Source: an uncultured Candidatus Saccharibacteria bacterium (GTDB lineage Bacteria > Patescibacteriota > Minisyncoccia > Phycocordibacterales > CSBR16-119). Taken from it: 64,000 nt of DNA. Positions 7,311 to 16,763 of the stretch are shown piece by piece (position 1 is the first letter of the stretch; every line of letters begins with the position of its first letter). The notes under the pieces are model-generated. The model did not search any database. It saw nothing but the letters and a program-made list of their open reading frames with translations, and was not told the origin of the DNA. Made by a program: the position numbers and the translations under genes. The DNA lies in the NCBI GenBank assembly GCA_964589975.1, contig CAZPVH010000001.1:23214-87213 (forward strand), given 5' to 3'.

Positions 7311-10300
7311 TCAAATTTCTTTGACGTTGTCGATTATGATAGTGCGTTCGCCTTCGCGGATGTTTACTTTGCCTTTGATGGCAACAGTCTTGTCAGGCTG
7401 GAGCATGGCGACATATGTCTTCCAGGTTTCTGGAAAAGCGACAGCCTCGATTGTGCCCGAGAGGTCTTCGAGCTTAATAAAAGCCATCTGCTGATTTTTC
7501 TTCGTTACCAGAGTCTTTGTCGTTTGGATGATGACGGCGACAGCAACGACTTCGTCATTTCTACCGGACGTTCTAATTTTCAATAGATTCATTCCGCCCT
7601 TGTCGATTTTTTCTCGGACCTTATCAAGCGGATGTCCGGAAACGTAGAGCCCGAGGAGCTCTTTCTCCCAAGCTAGCATTACATCTTTTTCTGCTGGGGC
7701 AGAATCGGTGAGCGCGAGCTTTGATTTCGGCGCCAAGTCGCCACCAAAGAGACTTCCCTGATCTTTGTCTTGTTTTGAAAAAGATTTATTGAACTCAAGC
7801 AAGCCTTCAATGTTCGCAAGTAGATTTCCGCGTTCGCCGAAAGCGTCCATAGCGCCGGATTTAATCAGGGCTTCCAAGGATTTGCGGTTCAGGTTCTTGT
7901 GAGTGACACGCTCCAGAAAGTCCGGGAGGCTCTGGAACTTGCCGCGCTCTTTGCGCTCGGCGATGATCGCGTCGGAAATGTCTGTGCCGAGGTTCTTGAT
8001 CGTGTAGAAGCCGAAGCGGATTGCGTCTTTTTGTCCGGCCTCTTCAGCCTTGATCACGGTGAATCCGCCGAAACATTCGTTCAGATCTGGCGGCAGGACT
8101 TTTACGCCCATGCGCTCGCATTCGTGGATGATTTCGGAAACTTTTTCTACATCGCCGGACTCGGCGGTCAGGATGGCTGTCATGTATGGAACAGGGAAGT
8201 TCGCTTTCATGTAGCCGGTCTGGTAAGCAACGCGGCCGTAGCTTGCGGCGTGCGCTTTGTTGAATCCGTACGCCGCGAAAGGCTCAATAAGTAGCCAGAG
8301 CGCATCAGCTTTTTCTTTTGAGAGGCCGTTTTTTATAAAACCTGAAACTAGTTTTTCTTTCTCGGCGGCCATGACCTCAGGAATTTTTTTACCCATGGCC
8401 TTTCGGAGTTTGTCGGCTTCGAGCCAGCTGTAGCCCCCAAGATGAATGGCAATCAAGAGAACGTCATCTTGGTAAGTGATGACGCCATATGATTGAGAAA
8501 GAATTTCTTTCATCCTAGGATCGAGATATTTTATGAGGTGTGGATTTTGCTTGCGACGAATATATTCAGGAATAATCTCCATTGGGCCCGGACGATAGAG
8601 AGCCACCATGGCGTTTATGTCATCAATGATTGTTGGGCGTAGTTCCTTTAGATATCTTGTCATGCCAGAGCCATTTAGCTGGAAAAGACCTATGGTTTCT
8701 CCGCGGGCCAGCATCTCATAAGTTTTTTTGTCGTCCATTGGGATGTTTTCAATATCGACAATGACGCCTTCGATTTTTTCCACCAGTTTCACCGCGTCGG
8801 CAAGGATAGCCAAGTTTCTAATTCCCAGGAAGTCGAACTTGATGAGCCCGGCCGATTCGACGGCGTGCATGTCGTACTGCGTGATTATTTTTCCTCCCTT
8901 CGGATCGAGCTGGATCGGCGCGTAGTCGTCTACGCGTGTTGGTGAGATAACGACACCCGCAGCGTGGACGGAGATGTGGCGGGCGCAGCCTTCGATTTTT
9001 TTTGCCAAGTCGATGATTTCTTTTGTCGCTTTGTCTGTGTCGTATTGCTCTTTGAGTTCTGGAACCATCTTGAGGGCTTTGTCTATGGTCATGGCGAAGC
9101 CCTGCTTACCGAGGGGAATTAGTTTAGAAATTTTGTCGCCAACACCGTAGGGATAACCTAGAGCTCTGGCGACATCGCGGACGGATCCGCGGGCCATCAT
9201 GGTTCCAAATGTTCCGATTTGGGCGACAGCATCTTTGCCATATTTCTCTCGCGCATAATCAATCACTTCATCACGCCGATTATCGGCAAAGTCCATGTCG
9301 ATATCTGGCGCTGACGGACGCTCCGGGTTTAGGAATCGCTCGAAGGGGAGTTTGAAATGTAGTGGGTCAACATTCGTGATACCGAGGAGATATGTACATA
9401 TAGAGCCGGCGACCGATCCTCGGATGTTCGTCAATATTTTATTCTCTGAAGCGAAGCGGATCAGGTCTGCCACAATGAGTAGATAAATAGAGAAGCCTTT
9501 GTTCTTGATGATTTCAAGTTCGTACTCGATGCGTTTTTCGATCTCCTCACGACTCTCACCGTAGCGTCGTGGAATGCCCGCATAAACATATTTCCTGAGT
9601 TGTGACTCGGCGTCTTCGCCCGCCTCGAGTTCGAATTTTGGAAAAACCCATTTGCCGAGCTCAAGCTCGATGTTTACCATGTCAGCGACCTTCAAAGTAT
9701 TCTCTAGTGCTTCGGGTGTGTCAGAGAAAAACTTCAAAGCATTTTCTGGGTTAATGAAAGAGTAATCTCCGCCCATCTTCATGCCAGAGCCTTGGGTGTT
9801 GATGGCAAGTAGGGTGTTGTGTGCGTCTTTGTCGTCTTCATGGAGGTAATGAGAGTCCCATGTGGCGACGATCGGAATATTAAATTCTGCCGAGAGTTTT
9901 TTTACTCCAGCCTTTAAGACTTCGTACCCCTCCACTTCAGCGTGGCCCATGAGCTCTAAGAAAAAATTTTCTTTACCGAAGATGCTTTGGTATTTTTCGA
10001 TGATAGATTTTTGTTTGAGAGGATCGTTGGCACGGATAGCGTGAGCAAGCTCTCCGGCAGGACATCCAGAAAGACAAATAACACCTTCAGAGTATTGCCT
10101 CAGGAGCTCCTCATCCATTCGTGGTTTGTAGTAGTAGCCTTCGATGAACGACATGGAAACGAGCTTCATCAGGTTTTTATATCCCGCAATATTTTTTGCA
10201 AGAAGTGTTAGATGGTAACGCTTGGAGTCGATGTTTGATTCTTTGTCATGACGCGTACGCTCTGCGATGTAGGCTTCGACGCCGATGATCGGCTTGATGC

Positions 10301-10478
10301 CAGCACTTTGGCATTCCTGATAGAACTCGATAGCTCCGTACATGGCGCCGTGATCGGTGAGAGCCATGGCAGACATGCCATGCTTTTTCGCCATAGCAAC
10401 AAGGTCGTCAATTTTCGACATCCCATCGAGTAGGGAATAGTGCGAATGCGTATGTAGATGGACGAATTTGGGCGCCAT
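7311..10478 (-). CDS. dnaE: DNA polymerase III alpha subunit DnaE (compact, 1055 aa)
   Basis: N-terminal PHP domain (HLHTHSHYSLLDG), polymerase core, and C-terminal OB fold. Shorter than E. coli DnaE. Confidence 0.97.
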   Translation of the reverse strand: MAPKFVHLHTHSHYSLLDGMSKIDDLVAMAKKHGMSAMALTDHGAMYGAIEFYQECQSAGIKPIIGVEAYIAERTRHDKESNIDSKRYHLTLLAKNIAGYKNLMKLVSMSFIEGYYYKPRMDEELLRQYSEGVICLSGCPAGELAHAIRANDPLKQKSIIEKYQSIFGKENFFLELMGHAEVEGYEVLKAGVKKLSAEFNIPIVATWDSHYLHEDDKDAHNTLLAINTQGSGMKMGGDYSFINPENALKFFSDTPEALENTLKVADMVNIELELGKWVFPKFELEAGEDAESQLRKYVYAGIPRRYGESREEIEKRIEYELEIIKNKGFSIYLLIVADLIRFASENKILTNIRGSVAGSICTYLLGITNVDPLHFKLPFERFLNPERPSAPDIDMDFADNRRDEVIDYAREKYGKDAVAQIGTFGTMMARGSVRDVARALGYPYGVGDKISKLIPLGKQGFAMTIDKALKMVPELKEQYDTDKATKEIIDLAKKIEGCARHISVHAAGVVISPTRVDDYAPIQLDPKGGKIITQYDMHAVESAGLIKFDFLGIRNLAILADAVKLVEKIEGVIVDIENIPMDDKKTYEMLARGETIGLFQLNGSGMTRYLKELRPTIIDDINAMVALYRPGPMEIIPEYIRRKQNPHLIKYLDPRMKEILSQSYGVITYQDDVLLIAIHLGGYSWLEADKLRKAMGKKIPEVMAAEKEKLVSGFIKNGLSKEKADALWLLIEPFAAYGFNKAHAASYGRVAYQTGYMKANFPVPYMTAILTAESGDVEKVSEIIHECERMGVKVLPPDLNECFGGFTVIKAEEAGQKDAIRFGFYTIKNLGTDISDAIIAERKERGKFQSLPDFLERVTHKNLNRKSLEALIKSGAMDAFGERGNLLANIEGLLEFNKSFSKQDKDQGSLFGGDLAPKSKLALTDSAPAEKDVMLAWEKELLGLYVSGHPLDKVREKIDKGGMNLLKIRTSGRNDEVVAVAVIIQTTKTLVTKKNQQMAFIKLEDLSGTIEAVAFPETWKTYVAMLQPDKTVAIKGKVNIREGERTIIIDNVKEI

Positions 10479-10524
10479 AAAGTGGGTACATTATAGCAGG
10501 GCGGGCCGTGTTACTATAGCCTTG

Positions 10525-11136
10525 ATGGAAACGAAATTTATTGTTGGAATTGATGAGGTTGGGCGTGGTCCGGTGGCAGGGCCGGTATATGTTTGCGCGT
10601 TTATAGCCGAGGCCTCAGCAATCGAAGGGATTGTCTCCGGTATAAAAGCGCCGCTTCGGGACTCGAAGAAGCTAACGCACAACATGAAAGAAAAATGGTT
10701 TGAATATCTCCAGGACTTGGCCGCCCAAAAGAAAATAAGATATGTGCTTTCTAAAACTTCGGCAAAAGAGATTGACGATCTCGGGATCGCATCTTGTATT
10801 AGAGCTTGTGTTGATAATTGCTTAGAAAAAATGGAAATTGATTTAGAAAATACAAAAGTATTCCTCGACGGTGGACTTCACGCTCACAAAAAATTCATTC
10901 AAGAAACCGTTATCAAAGGGGATGAAAATATTCCGGTAATCTCGCTTGCCTCGATCATAGCTAAAGTCTCGCGCGATAGGGAAATGACAGAACTGGCTGA
11001 GCTCAATCCGGAATATGCGTGGGAAAATAATATGGGCTACGGGACAAAGGCTCACATGGATGCTATTCGTATCCACGGGACCACACCGCTTCATAGAATC
11101 TCATTTTTAAGGAATATGACTGAAAAAGGGCAGTAG
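10525..11136 (+). CDS. rnhB: ribonuclease HII
   Basis: FIVGIDEVGRGPVAGPV motif. Start set at ATG 10525 (the track ORF overlaps dnaE). A -10-like TACTAT lies 7 nt upstream, suggesting a near-leaderless start. Confidence 0.93.
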   Translation: METKFIVGIDEVGRGPVAGPVYVCAFIAEASAIEGIVSGIKAPLRDSKKLTHNMKEKWFEYLQDLAAQKKIRYVLSKTSAKEIDDLGIASCIRACVDNCLEKMEIDLENTKVFLDGGLHAHKKFIQETVIKGDENIPVISLASIIAKVSRDREMTELAELNPEYAWENNMGYGTKAHMDAIRIHGTTPLHRISFLRNMTEKGQ

Positions 11137-11181
11137 GGTGGAAAACCCCTAAAAACCCTTTAAATACATGGCCTTTTAAGC

Positions 11182-11210
11182 TTGACTCAGAGGGTATTAT
11201 GTGATATGAT
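11182..11210 (+). promoter_or_regulatory. sigma70 promoter TTGACT-N17-TATGAT
   Basis: cTTGACTcagagggtattatgtgaTATGAT, about 45 nt upstream of the ATG at 11261. Confidence 0.55.
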
Positions 11211-11260
11211 GTAGCCAAGTGACCTTTGAGTAAAAAAACCAACAAACCTACCATAGAACG

Positions 11261-12253
11261 ATGAGAACCATCTTCACCCTCCTCGCCTTCGTGGCGACGT
11301 TCGGGCTTTGCGCCCAAAGCATTTCAGGCGACTGGAATGAATCTCACTACATCATGGGTACGCAAGGCAAGATCGAATACGACGAGTCCATCACGATCAA
11401 GCAGATCGTGAACGTCGGTAACGACTTGCCGCTCCAGCGGCGCGTCCGTTATCGGCATGGCGCCGGTGACTGGCAGTCGTTTCCTGGAGTTCCGGACACG
11501 GTCATCACCCAGAACTACACGTTCCATCGGGTGCTGAACGGCTTGTCATGGAGTCCCTACGACAACTACACTTGGGACATCGACATCCGGTACGTAAACA
11601 CTGGCGGCCAGGTGATCGAGGCGCTCCACAGCGAATGGAACAATATCGTAACCCGAGACAGTTCCAACGCAAGCATTGTGGCGTTTCCCGGTCCATACTC
11701 GAACGAATTGTATCTCCAATACGCCGTGTCCATACATAAAGACATGGGTCCCGGGATTGATACGGATGTGAACCTGCGGGCCGTTGGCCAATCATCCGGT
11801 ATGGTCTACAACGTCGAAGTCGACGTTCCGGATGCCGGACAGGAGTTCCAGACGGTTACCTTGTCTTTCACGCCTTGGTATACTGAGGACATCTGCGTGG
11901 AGATTTGGGTCGAGAGATCTGATCTCATATTCTACGACTACACCGACATCGTTGTCGGTTACGTAGATGTTTGGGTGCCCTGCACGATGTGGGACGGCAA
12001 CTCGACCGCTACCGGCGAGAAGCCTTCCATGCCTGACCTTCTGCCGTTCCCGAGCCCGACTTACGGATCCATCACGGTCCAAGAGCTTGATACGAACGAA
12101 CAGACGCTCGATGTGTACAGCCTGAACGGACAGTTGGTTGAACGTTTGCAGACCTATGGTTTGACAACAGTGACGCACGACTTCAGTAATCTGGCAGCCG
12201 GTGTTTACACCCTGCGCCAGAACGAACGTGCTGTGCGTTTCCAGAAGCTCTGA
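11261..12253 (+). CDS. secreted protein with a Por/T9SS-type C-terminal sorting domain (high-GC3 gene)
   Basis: Signal peptide ...FGLCA|QSIS. C-terminal ~70 aa (LDVYSLNGQLVERLQ...LAAGVYTLRQ...RFQKL) resembles the TIGR04183 Por secretion tail. GC and GC3 are clearly above neighbouring genes. Confidence 0.6.
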   Translation: MRTIFTLLAFVATFGLCAQSISGDWNESHYIMGTQGKIEYDESITIKQIVNVGNDLPLQRRVRYRHGAGDWQSFPGVPDTVITQNYTFHRVLNGLSWSPYDNYTWDIDIRYVNTGGQVIEALHSEWNNIVTRDSSNASIVAFPGPYSNELYLQYAVSIHKDMGPGIDTDVNLRAVGQSSGMVYNVEVDVPDAGQEFQTVTLSFTPWYTEDICVEIWVERSDLIFYDYTDIVVGYVDVWVPCTMWDGNSTATGEKPSMPDLLPFPSPTYGSITVQELDTNEQTLDVYSLNGQLVERLQTYGLTTVTHDFSNLAAGVYTLRQNERAVRFQKL

Positions 12254-12273
12254 TCTCCGCCAAGCGGAGTGAC

Positions 12274-12304
12274 GAAAGGCCCCCGAGTCTCGGGGGCCTT
12301 TTTC
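12274..12304 (+). terminator. terminator (ggcccccgagtctcgggggcc + T-run)
   Basis: Perfect hairpin and TTTTTCTTTT. Confidence 0.7.
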
Positions 12305-12337
12305 TTTTGGCTGCGCTCCCGTGTTACAATTCCTCTC

Positions 12338-13585
12338 ATGACAAATAATCCATTCCAAAATTATCTCGAGAACCTATCTCGAGCGGCCGAAGCGCTTGGT
12401 CTTAGCGCTGCCGAATTAGAACATTTGAAAGTTCCGGATCAGATCATCGAGAAAGATCTTTTGATCGAAACAGAAAAAGGCACGGAAACTTTTCCCGCAT
12501 ATCGCGTCCAGTGGAACAACGCTCGCGGGCCTTACAAGGGCGGCATCCGATTCCACCCGGCGGCGGACCTTGATGAAGTCAAATCTCTTGCCGCGCTCAT
12601 GGCGGTCAAATGCGCTGTGGTCGGGATTCCACTCGGTGGCGCCAAGGGGGGAGTAACTATTGATCCGAAAAAATACAGCGCTAAAGACCTTGAGAAAGTC
12701 TCACGCGCTTGGGCTCAGGCCATGGCACCGTTTATTGGCGTCAACAAAGATATTCCAGCGCCGGATGTATATACGAACGGCCAGACCATGGCGCACATCC
12801 TGGACGAATATGAGAAAACTGTCGGCCATGAAGAATTTGGCGTGATTACGGGAAAGCCACTTGAGCTTGGCGGATCACTCGGCCGAAATATTGCGACTGC
12901 TCAGGGTGGTGTGTACGTTCTTGAAGAATTGGTTAGAGACCTTGGCCTCAAGCTTGAAGACCTGCGCATTGCCGTTCAGGGATTCGGCAATGCTGGCTAT
13001 ACCGCCGCGTCGATACTCCACAAGATGGGGGCGAAAGTTGTCGGCGTCTCGGACTCTTCCGGCGGCCAGTATTCTGAAAATGGCCTTGATCCCGAAGAGT
13101 TGAATCGATGGAAAGAAGAAACAAAAAAAGGCCTAGCTGAATTTTCAAAAGATGGTTTGCGAGCCGTTACAAACGCGGAACTCTTAGAGCTTCCATGCGA
13201 TGTTCTGATTCCCGCCGCCATGGATAACCAGCTGACATCCGATAATTCTCAAAATGTGAAAGCAAAGATCGTGCTTGAGCTCGCGAATGGTCCGACAACC
13301 CCGGAAGCTGATAAAAAATTTATGGAAAAAGGCATAATCCTGGTACCAGATGTTTTGGCGAATGCCGGCGGCGTGACAGTTTCTTATTTTGAATGGGTGC
13401 AGAACCGTTCTGGTGACAAGTGGAGCGAAGCCTTGGTTCTTGAAAAGCTAAAAGCGATCATGGTTGAGAGCTATCGGGCAGTTCGAATGTTATCTCTCGA
13501 GAAAAAGATTGATATGAGGCTTGCGGCCTTTTCTGTTGGGGTCAAGAGAATAATTGATGCGATGAAATTGCGCGGCCGAATCTAA
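12338..13585 (+). CDS. gdhA: NAD(P)-dependent glutamate dehydrogenase
   Basis: GDH family motifs (GGAKGGV, QGFGNAGY...). Start set at ATG 12338. TACAAT -10 lies 7 nt upstream, suggesting a leaderless start. Confidence 0.92.
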   Translation: MTNNPFQNYLENLSRAAEALGLSAAELEHLKVPDQIIEKDLLIETEKGTETFPAYRVQWNNARGPYKGGIRFHPAADLDEVKSLAALMAVKCAVVGIPLGGAKGGVTIDPKKYSAKDLEKVSRAWAQAMAPFIGVNKDIPAPDVYTNGQTMAHILDEYEKTVGHEEFGVITGKPLELGGSLGRNIATAQGGVYVLEELVRDLGLKLEDLRIAVQGFGNAGYTAASILHKMGAKVVGVSDSSGGQYSENGLDPEELNRWKEETKKGLAEFSKDGLRAVTNAELLELPCDVLIPAAMDNQLTSDNSQNVKAKIVLELANGPTTPEADKKFMEKGIILVPDVLANAGGVTVSYFEWVQNRSGDKWSEALVLEKLKAIMVESYRAVRMLSLEKKIDMRLAAFSVGVKRIIDAMKLRGRI

Positions 13586-13615
13586 AAATTAAGATTTAAG
13601 AATTAAGGAAACGGG

Positions 13616-14725
13616 ATGAAAAATTATATCGTCTCGAAAAAGAAAAGCTTGGAAGAATTTCTTCGGCGCAATCATCACTTCGCGCTCCCGGCTATTCTCA
13701 TCGGCGGATTCCTTTTGGACGCCCTAACGCTTGGTCAGGCTGATCGAATATTTGACAATGTCGTTCTCATTATCCACCTACTCATCGTCGCGACGACGAT
13801 CGCCCTCCTTTTCTCCGCTGAAAGTCGTCTGGGACGGAAGCTTCGGGTTCGCGAGCGTGTTTCAACCATCACGGCCCTCATGCTCTTTTCCTTCGGCGGT
13901 CTTTTTTCTGGCTTTGCGGTCTTCTATGCTAAATCTGGGTCACTTATCTCAAGCTGGCCGTTCATTCTACTTCTCTTGGCGCTAATGGTTGGCACTGAGA
14001 TTCGCAAGAAATATTTTGAAAATTTGCTCCTGCAGATTGGTATCTTTTATATTGCCCTCTTTTCATATCTAATCTTCTCAGTGCCAGTATTGGTCAGAGA
14101 TATTGGCGCTGGAATTTATATGCTCTCCGGTGCCGCGAGTTTACTCGTCGTATCTATTTACCTCTACATTTTGTTTAAGCTGAATCCAGAAACTCTTCGA
14201 ATAAACAGGAAGAAAATAATCACGCGCGTTTTTTCTATTTTTATAATTTTTAATGTTTTATACTTCCTAAATATAATTCCTCCAATACCACTATCGCTAA
14301 AATTTCGCGCAGTCTACCATGATTTCCAGCGCATCCAGGCCATAGAGTATCGCGGCTCTTACGAGGTGCCGGAGGAATGGAGGTTTTGGGAAAAAAGAAG
14401 CCGGGTTTTTCATCGCGCTCCTGGCGAGGCCGTTTACGTTTTCAGTGAAGTTTACGCGCCGGTGAATCTTACGACAGATATTTATCACGAGTGGCAGTAT
14501 TTCGATACGGAAAAGACGCGCTGGGTTACAGCAGATCGGATCAGGATTCCAATCACAGGCGGACGCGCAGATGGCTTTCGCGGTTATTCCAAGAAGGCGA
14601 ATGTTTGGCCGGGTTCTTGGCGGGTAAAAGTCACGACGCAGCGCGGGCAGACGCTTGGACAGATAACTTTTCGTATCAAAGATCTTTTAGAGCCACTACA
14701 AACAAAGGAAGAGGTTTTTCGATAA
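13616..14725 (+). CDS. polytopic membrane protein with a C-terminal soluble beta-rich domain
   Basis: About 6 predicted TM helices, then a roughly 130-aa hydrophilic C-terminal domain. Confidence 0.7.
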   Translation: MKNYIVSKKKSLEEFLRRNHHFALPAILIGGFLLDALTLGQADRIFDNVVLIIHLLIVATTIALLFSAESRLGRKLRVRERVSTITALMLFSFGGLFSGFAVFYAKSGSLISSWPFILLLLALMVGTEIRKKYFENLLLQIGIFYIALFSYLIFSVPVLVRDIGAGIYMLSGAASLLVVSIYLYILFKLNPETLRINRKKIITRVFSIFIIFNVLYFLNIIPPIPLSLKFRAVYHDFQRIQAIEYRGSYEVPEEWRFWEKRSRVFHRAPGEAVYVFSEVYAPVNLTTDIYHEWQYFDTEKTRWVTADRIRIPITGGRADGFRGYSKKANVWPGSWRVKVTTQRGQTLGQITFRIKDLLEPLQTKEEVFR

Positions 14726-14754
14726 GTTTTACACAGAATAAATAGCAAGGTCTA

Positions 14755-16293
14755 TTGTATGTTGCTAAAATGTATCTAATGAAAAATCCTAAAAAAGGGG
14801 CGACAAAAAGGCTTGCCTATGGTGGAGTAGTTTTATTATTTATACTGGGTATGGCCGCGCTTGCAGCGTCGAGCTTTGGCCGAGATGCCTCACAACAGGC
14901 TGCAATTAGGATAAGTACAGATTCCCGCGAAACGCTCTGTACAGCGACTACCCCTCAATATTGCGGACGTATTGTTATTAGGAAAATTGTCAGCCCCTCT
15001 AGTTATCAGGACTTCTATTTCACACATAATGTCCCCGGCGTTACTTCTCCGTTAACTCTCGATGATGACGCAACTCTTTCAAGTCCTTCGGTACTAAGCA
15101 ATAGCTCTGTCCTCTTAACTCCGTTCAACGGGGTATTTTCTGTAGCAGAGATTACTGATCCTAATTACGAAACCTCTATTACTTGCACTGATCCATCTGG
15201 CGGTACAACGTCGAGCGGCTCTTCCGTGTCTATCAATATCTTGAATGGAGAGACGGTTCAGTGTGTGTTTACGAATACGAGAGTTATTGGGCAGGTGCCG
15301 ACCGGTACGGGTCCGACTACGAACCCGACGGATCCAGGAACACCTGGTACCGTCCTTACGAGCCCGAGCCCGGACAAAGTAAAAGCATGTCAATCAAATA
15401 CATGGACGCAGAGGGCAGACCTGCCTGGCATTCGAGCACAAAGTGCAGGCTTTTCGGTCGGTAGCAAAGGATATATTGGCACTGGATTTGCGTCTAGTCA
15501 GCTTACCGAATCATTTTTCCAGTATGATCCTGTCACGAACACCTGGACCCAAAAAGCGAATTTCGGAGGCGGTATTCGACACTCGGCAGTAGGTTTCTCG
15601 ATCGGCAGCATGGGTTATCTCGGTTTAGGCAAGAATGGATATGCAACAGTCCAGGATATGTGGGAGTATGATCCTGCTACCAATGTCTGGACCCAAAAGG
15701 CTGACTTTCCTCCAGGAGGACCGAGAACAGGGGCAACAGGTTTCTCTATTGGTACGAAAGGCTATGTAGGTCTCGGTAGGAATGCTTATTCAGCAACGCA
15801 GGATATGTGGGAGTATGATCCTGCTACAAATGTCTGGACGATCAAAGGATTCTTCGGTGGAGGGCCACGAATAGATCCCGTGTCCTTTTCAATCGGAAGC
15901 AAGGCTTATGTCGGTACAGGACTCGATGGAGCAACATTTAAGGATGATTTCTGGGAGTATGACCCTACCCAAGGAAGTCTCGGTACATGGACTCAAAAGG
16001 CTGATTTTGCTGGAGGAAATAGGGCTGAAGCCGCTGGATTCTCTATAGGCACCAAGGGATATGTCGGAATAGGGCGTGTAGCATATGACACCTCTGTATC
16101 TGTCAATGATTTTTGGGAGTATGATCCGGCTACCAATACCTGGACTCAAAAGGCGAATTTTGGAGGCACAGCCCGAAGTGCGGCGGTCGGTTTCTCAATC
16201 GGTTTGAGGGGCTATATGGGTACGGGTATTCCGACCGGTGTTGTAACTGCGGATGGTGGAATGTACAGAGATTTCTGGGAATATTGTCCGTAA
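14755..16293 (+). CDS. cell-surface protein: N-terminal anchor, prealbumin/CnaB-like domain, seven-bladed Kelch-type beta-propeller
   Basis: Seven repeats of about 49 aa (W.YDP.TN.WTQKA.F.GG.R....GFSIG.KGY.G.G). Start may be downstream (ATG 14770 or 14779). Confidence 0.8.
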   Translation: MYVAKMYLMKNPKKGATKRLAYGGVVLLFILGMAALAASSFGRDASQQAAIRISTDSRETLCTATTPQYCGRIVIRKIVSPSSYQDFYFTHNVPGVTSPLTLDDDATLSSPSVLSNSSVLLTPFNGVFSVAEITDPNYETSITCTDPSGGTTSSGSSVSINILNGETVQCVFTNTRVIGQVPTGTGPTTNPTDPGTPGTVLTSPSPDKVKACQSNTWTQRADLPGIRAQSAGFSVGSKGYIGTGFASSQLTESFFQYDPVTNTWTQKANFGGGIRHSAVGFSIGSMGYLGLGKNGYATVQDMWEYDPATNVWTQKADFPPGGPRTGATGFSIGTKGYVGLGRNAYSATQDMWEYDPATNVWTIKGFFGGGPRIDPVSFSIGSKAYVGTGLDGATFKDDFWEYDPTQGSLGTWTQKADFAGGNRAEAAGFSIGTKGYVGIGRVAYDTSVSVNDFWEYDPATNTWTQKANFGGTARSAAVGFSIGLRGYMGTGIPTGVVTADGGMYRDFWEYCP

Positions 16294-16302
16294 TTAAAAC
16301 AT

Positions 16303-16653
16303 ATGCAAAATATAAAAATAATAATTTTGGGAGTGCTAGTTCTGGTGGGAGTTGGATACGCCGCGTTTACAAAATTTCACAACACCGAAAAAGACGCTCC
16401 GAATCCGTATGAGAATTCTGAGATTATAGTAAATACTTTCGAGGAAGATACTGGCTGGGGCTATGACGTCATGATCGATGGCAACCTCTATGTCCATCAG
16501 CCGAACATTCCTGCTCTGGGTGGGAACAAAGGCTTCAAGACCGAAGCGGATGCTCGCGCGACAGGGAATCTCGCCACCCAAAAGATTCGTGACGGCATCA
16601 TTCCGCCGACCCTTACAGTTGAAGAACTGAAGCAAATCGGAGTTGTTCAGTAG
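16303..16653 (+). CDS. small membrane-anchored protein, DUF4907-like
   Basis: N-terminal TM, then GWGYDVMIDGNLYVHQPNIPALGGNKGF...ELK, resembling the Bacteroidetes DUF4907 family. Called from memory, not searched. Confidence 0.55.
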   Translation: MQNIKIIILGVLVLVGVGYAAFTKFHNTEKDAPNPYENSEIIVNTFEEDTGWGYDVMIDGNLYVHQPNIPALGGNKGFKTEADARATGNLATQKIRDGIIPPTLTVEELKQIGVVQ

Positions 16654-16763
16654 TCTTGATTGTTCCTTCAGACTTTACGCGGTATTATAGAGTTGCGAGT
16701 AAGTTTTTACTATCGTCGAGATGGTGAGAGGATTCGTTTTAATAAGAATTAGCGAAAAATAAA

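Noticed and set aside
7899-8294. 131-aa plus-strand ORF inside dnaE (also 7108-7586, 9295-10433 small ORFs)
   Set aside because: Antisense/overlapping frames of dnaE.
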